64,000 nt of DNA from an uncultured virus (IMG/VR IMGVR_UViG_3300042453_004632). Taxonomy: Duplodnaviria; Heunggongvirae; Uroviricota; Caudoviricetes. Location of the stretch: the IMG/VR virus record IMGVR_UViG_3300042453_004632; one strand, given 5' to 3'. Positions 57,525-64,000 of this stretch are shown one piece after another. Each line of letters begins with the position of its first letter. Position 1 is the stretch's first letter. The position numbers were made by a program, and so were the translations under genes. The notes beneath the pieces are model-generated. The model saw only the letters and a program-made list of their open reading frames with translations, had not been told where the DNA came from and did not search any database.

Positions 57525-57847
57525 AATTGAATCAAGTCGGAGATCACATCGAGTCGGAATGCGTTGGTTGTGGCGAGCCTTTGCTCATCGGAAGCGGGGA
57601 TTCTCTCAATTTCAGGATGGGAATCAAGGACGGGATGCCATTCCCGGAGGGCTTCCTCTGCTCGCTTTGCAACAAGAACGAAAACAAAGAAGATCAACTC
57701 TTTGTCAAGTTGCAACGCATGTGCTGCATGGAATGCGGCATAGACTTGGACGTTACGAGTCCTTGCCGATTCGTTTTGGATGAAGATGGCGAGCCGAAGG
57801 GAATGGTTTGTGAAGATTGCGAGGAGGGAGAATCATGGAAAGTATAG
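57521..57847 (+). CDS. Zn-finger hypothetical protein
   Basis: Four CxxC motifs. Confidence 0.6.
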   Translation: MKLNQVGDHIESECVGCGEPLLIGSGDSLNFRMGIKDGMPFPEGFLCSLCNKNENKEDQLFVKLQRMCCMECGIDLDVTSPCRFVLDEDGEPKGMVCEDCEEGESWKV

Positions 57848-57917
57848 AAGAACGGCGAAATAATTCATCATTATTAAGTTGACAGCAGCGATTAATTTCA
57901 TTAGATTGAGCATCAAC

Positions 57918-58328
57918 ATGAGCAAGCCATGGATTCACGCTCGGTCCTCCGCCAAGAAGTTCGGCGGCAAGCCCGAGGACTACATAAAAATCCACAATCT
58001 CATGGACAGCAGCAAGGGCTGCATAGGTGACAATCGACATCGAGCCTTGACACACAACAGCTGGTTCATATCGGCTGGAGGGCCGCTTGAGATGATGTTC
58101 GGCGTGGTCATCATAAACAGCCTCGGCAAGGAAGTGAGCGTCAGGGACATAGGGGAACAACACATTTTGGAAGACTTCGGAATGAGATTCATACCCACTC
58201 CTCAGGACTACCTGCAGGAGATGGAGCCGAAGTCGTGGATGAACAACAGCCTTGATGACGCACCTCCGAGTTGCAGGAAGATCGGCCGAAAGAGCAGCAA
58301 ACGAAAAAGAACCATAACCCTAGATTGA
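57918..58328 (+). CDS. DUF6915-like conserved phage protein
   Basis: PWIHA.SSAKKFGG..EDY..IH..MD.SK...RHRALTH; EQHILED. Confidence 0.78.
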   Translation: MSKPWIHARSSAKKFGGKPEDYIKIHNLMDSSKGCIGDNRHRALTHNSWFISAGGPLEMMFGVVIINSLGKEVSVRDIGEQHILEDFGMRFIPTPQDYLQEMEPKSWMNNSLDDAPPSCRKIGRKSSKRKRTITLD

Positions 58329-58338
58329 GGAGATTAAA

Positions 58339-58917
58339 ATGGCAAAGAAGACCGCGAAGAAGGCTTCAAAGAAGTCCAGCCTCTCCATGCGCATAGCGGA
58401 AGCAAAGAGTAACAACGAAAACTTCAAGAACACTGTCGCCAAGCGGGGCGAAAAGTTTTTCAAGGAGGCGGTCAAGGAAATCTTCAAGAAATTCAAGGAC
58501 CTTGAATCCTTTTCTTGGTCTCAGTACACGCCCCATTTCAATGACGGAGACGAATGCCTCTTCTCTTGTCATTTTGATTCGCTTGCGATTAACGGCGAGG
58601 AAGACCCGGAATGCGTCTATCATCTTGAACACATCTGCGAACTGCTTTCCCAAAAACAAAAGGAGGAGACCAGAATAATCATGGAACTCTCCAACAAGAC
58701 GGGCAAGCAGGATTGGGATATCATCCAACTCAAGCAAGACCTTGAGATCATCAAGACCCGTGATCTTGAGGAGGTTTCAAATAAACTTGAAACCAAGAGA
58801 TACATTCTTGATTTGGTTGAAAACATTGACGAGACCGCCTACGAGAACATGTTCGGAGAGGGAACCGTGGTAGTGTCCAGAGATGGCATCACGGTGGAGG
58901 AATGCGAACATGACTGA
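58339..58917 (+). CDS. Conserved phage hypothetical protein
   Basis: SFSWSQYTPHFNDGDEC.F; C-terminal E.EHD. Confidence 0.75.
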   Translation: MAKKTAKKASKKSSLSMRIAEAKSNNENFKNTVAKRGEKFFKEAVKEIFKKFKDLESFSWSQYTPHFNDGDECLFSCHFDSLAINGEEDPECVYHLEHICELLSQKQKEETRIIMELSNKTGKQDWDIIQLKQDLEIIKTRDLEEVSNKLETKRYILDLVENIDETAYENMFGEGTVVVSRDGITVEECEHD

Positions 58918-59359
58918 ATCGCCGTCCGTGGAATATAAACTTTTTCGGAGAGCAGCCACCCCAGAAAGGTCATATTTCGTCATATCGTTCCAAAGGCCCG
59001 AGGGATATTCCATGTACGATTTCGTTAAGATTTCGTGCACGGCATTCGGCGACATCATGTCGCAGAACAAACTTGAATATTTTGCCTTGGGAGACCCTCA
59101 TCTTGAATGCAATTCAGGAAATGAATTCTCCACAGACGACTCATTCTGGAGAACGAAGTTTGACGACACGTTCGTGCCGGGAAAGACGCTCGCCGACCTT
59201 GTGATCGGCAGCATCGGAGAAGGAGAAAAGAACGAGATTTCATTCTGCTTCTACTCCCCCAGGAGCGAGACGGAGAAGTTTTTTGACCCCGAAGGCGACT
59301 ACAGCCATCCGGAACCCGATCCCGAGTGGTACTGCGAGGGAAGGTACGTGGAAGAGTGA
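58910..59359 (+). CDS. Hypothetical protein
   Basis: GGAGG RBS; overlapping gene junctions. Confidence 0.6.
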   Translation: MTESPSVEYKLFRRAATPERSYFVISFQRPEGYSMYDFVKISCTAFGDIMSQNKLEYFALGDPHLECNSGNEFSTDDSFWRTKFDDTFVPGKTLADLVIGSIGEGEKNEISFCFYSPRSETEKFFDPEGDYSHPEPDPEWYCEGRYVEE

Positions 59360-60003
59360 AAGACTTTTTCTGCAGGGCAGTCAAGATAACTGACAAGGAA
59401 GACAACATCTTCTTCTGGTCCGACATGCACCTCGGTCAGGAGTGCAAGAGCTGGGATGAACCTCTCTTTGTGAAGCGCGGCTTCGGATCGCTTGAGGAGC
59501 ACGATTCCGCCCTTGTCAAAAGATGGAATGAAAAGATTTCCCACGAGTCGGTGGTTTTCAACCTCGGCGACATGCTTTTCGGTTACGACGGCGAACGCAG
59601 GCTCATCAACTACTTTGAGATGCTAAATTTCAGGACGATGTATCTTCTCTTCGGAAACCACACCGCCGGAACCAAACAAGTCTTTGAAAAACTTGAGGGA
59701 AATGTCTACGAGGTCAACTCGGAGAAGCGGGTCGTGTTCTGCCCTAATTACATGGAAGCCCACATAAACGGCTATCTTTGTGTGTTGAGCCACTACGCAA
59801 TCGCGTCATTCAACGGTCAGGGAAAGGGAGCGTACATGATCCACGGTCACTCCCATGGAAATCTATATGGCTCCGAGATGGGGAAGGTCCTCTACAAAGC
59901 GAGAGTGATAGATGTGGGCGTGGAGAACTGTCCGGTGCCTCAATCGTTCGGGGAGATAAGAAGAAGATTCAAGGAAAACCCCGTATCATTTGATCATCAC
60001 TGA
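59356..60003 (+). CDS. Calcineurin-like metallophosphoesterase
   Basis: SDMHLG, WN, NLGD, GNH, SHY, IHGHSHG, DVGVE. Confidence 0.9.
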   Translation: MKDFFCRAVKITDKEDNIFFWSDMHLGQECKSWDEPLFVKRGFGSLEEHDSALVKRWNEKISHESVVFNLGDMLFGYDGERRLINYFEMLNFRTMYLLFGNHTAGTKQVFEKLEGNVYEVNSEKRVVFCPNYMEAHINGYLCVLSHYAIASFNGQGKGAYMIHGHSHGNLYGSEMGKVLYKARVIDVGVENCPVPQSFGEIRRRFKENPVSFDHH

Positions 60004-60200
60004 TCTTCCAAAAGATTGAATCCTGATTCCGTCGTGATCGGCTGCCCGGATTCAGTCATTATGAACCCAGAATCGGCCTCTTTTACTATTACTATGGAAG
60101 GAATTATGACCACAGAAAGACTTGATTTGGGCTTCCACAGCCTTTTGAAAAGCCCCTTGGTTATCTCATAGTGTCCGGCTCCGAGCCACTTTTTAGTCAT
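59997..60200 (-). CDS. Hypothetical protein
   Basis: ORF divergent from 60218; TESG repeats. Confidence 0.55.
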   Translation of the reverse strand: MTKKWLGAGHYEITKGLFKRLWKPKSSLSVVIIPSIVIVKEADSGFIMTESGQPITTESGFNLLEDQ

Positions 60201-60217
60201 ACCTTATATATAAAAAG

Positions 60218-60484
60218 ATGAGCAAGAAAAAAACAACAGAAGAAACGCCCAAGCAGGAACCCGCCGAGGTCCACGAAGAGGACAGGAGCACGATCAAATC
60301 CCTCCTTTTCGCCCAAGTGGAAAGACCCAGAAATCTCACGGATGTAAGGATAGTGAATGTATTTGAAGACAGATACAGAATAAATCTCTGGGTGAAGATT
60401 GAGGAAGACGGTCTAGAAAAGAAAAAGATCGCATCCAGTTATTTCGTCCGCTACGACGGAGAAAGCTTGGCAATCAGGGCGTGA
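60218..60484 (+). CDS. Hypothetical protein
   Basis: NVFEDRYRINLW...I.SSYF. Confidence 0.7.
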   Translation: MSKKKTTEETPKQEPAEVHEEDRSTIKSLLFAQVERPRNLTDVRIVNVFEDRYRINLWVKIEEDGLEKKKIASSYFVRYDGESLAIRA

Positions 60485-60549
60485 AAAATTTTCTGATGCC
60501 CCCTTTGCAGTCCTGCCGAATCGGACTACAATGAATTTGGATCAATGAA

Positions 60550-60819
60550 GGGTCATTAGCTCAATGGTAGAGCAACCGGCTTCAAATAGGAGTGCCTAAG
60601 AGGAAACTTTTAGAGTAGAACCGCTCAAATTCGGCGAACGCTTTGAAATGCCAACGCCGAGCCAAGCCCGCAAGGGAAGGTGTAGAGACTTGACGGGCGG
60701 CACCTAAAGCCGAAAGGTCATGGTGAAGGCAAAGTCCAAAGCCACAGTCGGAAGACGTAGTGAAAACTATAGTGACTTTGTTAACCGGTTGGTTGTAGGT
60801 TCGACCCCTACATGACCCA
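60550..60819 (+). tRNA. tRNA-Lys(TTT) split by a group I intron (exons 60550..60582 and 60781..60819)
   Basis: Acceptor GGGTCAT/ATGACCC, A73; spliced anticodon arm ACCGG-CTT|TTAA-CCGGT; T-arm GTAGG-TTCGACC-CCTAC. Confidence 0.9.
60583..60780 (+). mobile_element. Self-splicing group I intron (IC3, Azoarcus-like), 198 nt, no ORF
   Basis: Core segments CAAATTCGGCGAA, CAACGCCGAGCCAAGC, GAAGGTGTAGAGACT, CACCTAA, ATGGTGAAGGCA, AGTCCA; P1 CTT|C:GGAG with U-G pair; terminal G. Confidence 0.92.
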
Positions 60820-60828
60820 CTAAATATC

Positions 60829-61008
60829 ATGAGTTTCAAAAAACTTGAACAATTGGCGAGGGAAAGAGGATACACAGTCGCCCGCAAGGGACGAGTGGTG
60901 TTCTGGAAGTGCAACTCTAATCCGGGCCACAATGGAACTTGCTACTCTCTAGAAGACACCGCCAGCGAGATAAACGTCCACTATGAATACAAACTCCTCC
61001 ACGCTTGA
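60829..61008 (+). CDS. Hypothetical protein (59 aa, not in ORF track)
   Basis: Manual translation MSFKKLEQLARERGY... Confidence 0.55.
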   Translation: MSFKKLEQLARERGYTVARKGRVVFWKCNSNPGHNGTCYSLEDTASEINVHYEYKLLHA

Positions 61009-61312
61009 ACAGAAGCTATACGACATCATGAATGAAAAACTCCAAAAGATGGAGGAAGAATTCATGGTGATGGGCACGGAGAGTTCTAGGCTGAACCGAT
61101 TGAACTATAAGTGGATGAACTATAAGTGGAACGAATATCTGGAGTCCGTGCCCGGAATAAAAAGAATGAGCAAGATGATGAGCCTGATTCTGGAGAAGGG
61201 CGAGCACGAAATCCGAATCAAAGACCCGCTTGACTTCTCGGGAAATCAAGGTTCAATTTCAATGCACTTGGAGACTGCCGTGAAAATCGCAACCCTAGGA
61301 TATTTGCCATGA
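60983..61312 (+). CDS. Hypothetical protein, C-terminal KxxxLGxLP family
   Basis: IKDP...ETAVKIATLGYLP. Confidence 0.65.
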   Translation: MNTNSSTLEQKLYDIMNEKLQKMEEEFMVMGTESSRLNRLNYKWMNYKWNEYLESVPGIKRMSKMMSLILEKGEHEIRIKDPLDFSGNQGSISMHLETAVKIATLGYLP

Positions 61313-61548
61313 AGAGAATTATTTTTGCTGCCTTGTTGCTCGCCGGATGCAATTCTTCTTTTGACTCCGATGTGGACAAAATCCTCAAGGCCAAGCGGAT
61401 CGTACTTGGCGGCCTCAATCACCCCGACACCGCAGACTTCCACGACATGAGCACGGAAGTCCGAGGCAACAACGTGAAGTTGATCGTGACGGCCAAGAAC
61501 GCCTTCGGCGTTCCAAGCACCCACACCTTCAACATCAATGTCCCATGA
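61309..61548 (+). CDS. Putative lipoprotein
   Basis: LLLAGC lipobox; L..P.TA.F; AKNAFG. Confidence 0.7.
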   Translation: MKRIIFAALLLAGCNSSFDSDVDKILKAKRIVLGGLNHPDTADFHDMSTEVRGNNVKLIVTAKNAFGVPSTHTFNINVP

Positions 61549-61799
61549 ACACAGCCGAGAAGGACAGGCAGACCCAGGTTCTCGCCGTCTTCGCCCTCAT
61601 CAACGTGCTCATGGAGCCGGGATGGAAGGACATGGAACAAGTCATCCGCTCCATGAAATCCAAGGGTTTTGACAGGTGCGAGAAGACCATCAGACGCTTG
61701 ATGAAGGTGCTCAAAAAGGTCGGAGTCAATATTCTGGTGGACAGGAAGTCGTCGCCGTATACATACAGGGTGAGTAGGGCGAGACCTTTCTTGAAATGA
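61545..61799 (+). CDS. Small HTH-like protein
   Basis: CEKTIRRLMKVL..VG. Confidence 0.55.
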   Translation: MNTAEKDRQTQVLAVFALINVLMEPGWKDMEQVIRSMKSKGFDRCEKTIRRLMKVLKKVGVNILVDRKSSPYTYRVSRARPFLK

Positions 61800-62101
61800 A
61801 CAAAACGTCAAAGACCAAACTGGCCCACATATTCGGCATCAAGTATTTCAATCTCATCGGGGTTGCCACGAATTCGCCCGTCCTGTACGCCTCCATGTAC
61901 GAGGCCATTTCCGAAGCAATATCACCAAACTTTCCAAAATGGATGAAATACCTCGAGGATTTGGGATGCAGGGTGGTCCCAAAGAACACGAAGGCCAAGC
62001 GCGGCTTCGTGCTTGTGGAAGACCCCTGCCACTTCCAGAATAAGATACAGATTCCGGAGGAATTTGCCCACAAGACTCTTGTGTTGGGCGGATTGCCGTG
62101 A
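61796..62101 (+). CDS. Hypothetical protein, C-terminal KxxxLGxLP family
   Basis: VEDP...IPEEFAHKTLVLGGLP. Confidence 0.65.
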   Translation: MNKTSKTKLAHIFGIKYFNLIGVATNSPVLYASMYEAISEAISPNFPKWMKYLEDLGCRVVPKNTKAKRGFVLVEDPCHFQNKIQIPEEFAHKTLVLGGLP

Positions 62102-62394
62102 CCGAAGAATACAGAATCAAGATTTTCCTCGGCGAACTTACCCTTGGGGACCTTTGGAAGATGGGCCTCCTTGAAGGGATGATGACGATGGGTGAAGAGG
62201 AAAGAATCACTGCGGGCCAACGGGACGAAACGATAGAATTCTGCGGCCCGGATGGACTCCGGAGGCAGTTTTCCTCGTCCACTAAGGTGAAGTTGAACAC
62301 GAGCCTTCTTCCTGTTTGGGCCGTTGATTTCAATGAAAAGACTCTTGTTCTATCAAGAGGCATTGATCCTTTTTTGAAGGATGAAAAAAACTGA
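62098..62394 (+). CDS. Hypothetical protein
   Basis: GTGA-coupled ORF. Confidence 0.5.
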   Translation: MTEEYRIKIFLGELTLGDLWKMGLLEGMMTMGEEERITAGQRDETIEFCGPDGLRRQFSSSTKVKLNTSLLPVWAVDFNEKTLVLSRGIDPFLKDEKN

Positions 62395-62426
62395 ATTATA
62401 TCTCGCTCATTTGATAGATAAATCAA

Positions 62427-64000
62427 ATGGCGACGACAGTAAACAAGGGATATTGCATTTGCGGCTGTGGGTCCTGCGCGGTTCCTGGAACTTGGAGAAT
62501 CGTGGACCAAGATTCAATTATTTATGCCGAGGGACCTGTAACGGTCGTCTTGGGAGAGAATCCCTACCTGCAGTTGGTGCCGGAACCTTTCACTCCGACT
62601 TTCTATTACACCAGTGCTGGCAATAAAAATTTCAGGCTTGAGGTGGATTCTTGCGGGGGAGACTGGTCCACGCTGGAAGAGTGGTCCGGAGACATCACAC
62701 TGTGTTCCACGATATCGGATCGGTATCCTCAACACGCCTTTTCGACCCCATTTTCGCCGCCAGCCGGCACTCCGTGCGAATGTTGGAATTTCGTAAAGGT
62801 TCAGGCCGGATTGGAACAGTGCGATCCTTGTTTGCCATTCCAGATAGGCTCCAACGGAACGGGTCAAGAATGGAGGGACCCTCAACCCGGCCCCGCTGTT
62901 ACATTTGGAAGTTTCGTAGATGGTGAATGGACAAACTTGGCGAACTGGGAGGATGCGGATGGAAACACACCGGCTGGCTCACTGCCCGATGCGGCAAGCG
63001 AAGTTTTTCTTGAAGCAAGTGTCACTTCGTCGTCAGTAGAAATATCAGTCAAGAAAATGACAATAGAGGCCAGCGGAGAGTTCCACGTTGCCGCAACCGT
63101 GGATAGCCTGGTCTGCCATGGGGCGGTCGGACGCAGTTCAATATGCGACGGTGTGTATGGAAGCGTTACTGTGACGGTGGATTGCGAGTTTGATGGCGGC
63201 ACGCTAGAGGGCGAAGTAACGGCAACCGGTTTGGCGGCGACGTTTATCAACGGCGGAAACGTAACAGCCGCTGGTGTTGTGAACGGAAACGCTGTGTTTG
63301 ACGGCATGCCTGGGACTGATAACTGGGGCGTCGTCACGGGCAACGGAACCTTCCTCACAGCGTCCACCAATTACGGCACCGTTGAAGGCGACGGCATATT
63401 TGGCACCGCTGGGGGCGATGATTATGCCAACAATGTCGGCACCGTGGAGGGCAACGCAATATTCCGTGGTCACGCATTCAACGTCGGCACTGTTGATGGA
63501 AATGCAGAGTTTGAAGACGACGCCACTAACAGCGATGCGACTGGCTATCCGGCCGTGGTGGGTGGCAATGCGGAGTTCAGCGACCGCGCAAAGAACCTAG
63601 GAGACGGTTCGGTCAACGGAAACGCGACTTTCAACGACGATTCCGAAAACATCGGCACCGTCAACGGCAACGCGACCTTCAATGGTCTTTCCATCAACAC
63701 CACAGATGGATTCATATCCGGCAACGCCACCTTCAACGGCACGGCCTTTGATGGAACGAGAAACGAAGGTCAGGTCGAAGGAGATGCGACTTTCAATGGC
63801 GAATCCTACAATGCTGGTGGCTATGTTGGTGGCAATGCCACCTTCAACGACACTTCGCAGAACATTTACTTCGCCGGAGGTTGGAACTCGCAAGGATACG
63901 TCGAGGGCGATGCCACCTTCAACGAATCGTCCGTTAATGACGCCACCGTTCAGGGCTTCGGAACATTCAATGGCGATTCAAGCATGTTGTCCGGAGAGGT
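62427..64000 (+). CDS. Beta-helix repeat protein (tail-fibre/adhesin-like), 3' truncated, missed by ORF track
   Basis: Manual translation MATTVNKGYCICGCGSC...; same frame at the window end; repeated GxVxGNAxFND units. Confidence 0.8.
   Translation, partial: MATTVNKGYCICGCGSCAVPGTWRIVDQDSIIYAEGPVTVVLGENPYLQLVPEPFTPTFYYTSAGNKNFRLEVDSCGGDWSTLEEWSGDITLCSTISDRYPQHAFSTPFSPPAGTPCECWNFVKVQAGLEQCDPCLPFQIGSNGTGQEWRDPQPGPAVTFGSFVDGEWTNLANWEDADGNTPAGSLPDAASEVFLEASVTSSSVEISVKKMTIEASGEFHVAATVDSLVCHGAVGRSSICDGVYGSVTVTVDCEFDGGTLEGEVTATGLAATFINGGNVTAAGVVNGNAVFDGMPGTDNWGVVTGNGTFLTASTNYGTVEGDGIFGTAGGDDYANNVGTVEGNAIFRGHAFNVGTVDGNAEFEDDATNSDATGYPAVVGGNAEFSDRAKNLGDGSVNGNATFNDDSENIGTVNGNATFNGLSINTTDGFISGNATFNGTAFDGTRNEGQVEGDATFNGESYNAGGYVGGNATFNDTSQNIYFAGGWNSQGYVEGDATFNESSVNDATVQGFGTFNGDSSMLSGE

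Noticed and set aside
60550..60819. tRNA-Asn(GTT) reading of ...TTTGTTAACC, and ORF 60582..60932
   Set aside because: That G is required as the intron terminal G; the P1 U-G pair and A73 support Lys; the ORF is antisense to the intron
62381..63893. Short ORFs listed in the track at the right end
   Set aside because: All overlap the long open frame starting at 62427
1..64000. Bacterial chromosome origin
   Set aside because: Housekeeping-like genes lack their operon partners (clpX without clpP/tig, ruvB-like without ruvA, acpP without fab genes) among dense phage-type small ORFs; phage origin remains an inference because no structural hallmark gene is in the window

Overview
This window looks like part of a large (jumbo-type) dsDNA phage genome; a Planctomycetes-like host is a tentative inference from two small basic DNA-binding proteins. 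No capsid, terminase or integrase gene is visible. Left end (<1-4335): a truncated Ser-rich DUF285/BspA-repeat surface protein with four modules. About 5-35 kb: a large glycan-modification arsenal (glf, many glycosyl-, methyl- and sulfotransferases, a sulfatase, a radical SAM enzyme), including a sharply AT-rich cassette (about 12.5-21.7 kb) bracketed by two copies of a RecD/Dda helicase 3' end; most cassette proteins share a C-terminal Lys-hydrophobic tail. About 27-42 kb: host-takeover and DNA-metabolism genes (csrA, clpX, stand-alone RNAP alpha-CTD, two sigma-70 factors, ParB-like, RuvB-like, UvsE, DNA ligase). About 43-62 kb: dense small ORFs with Pth2, MYG1, acyl carrier protein, tRNA-Gly/Gln/Ser, a tmRNA, a tRNA-Lys(UUU) split by a 198-nt Azoarcus-like group I intron, an unrecognised ~185-nt structured ncRNA with its own promoter and terminator, and two dispersed paralogous small-protein families. 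Right end (62427->64000): a beta-helix repeat protein running off the window that the ORF track missed. All family assignments come from motif recognition by eye; no searches were run, and GC statements are visual impressions.
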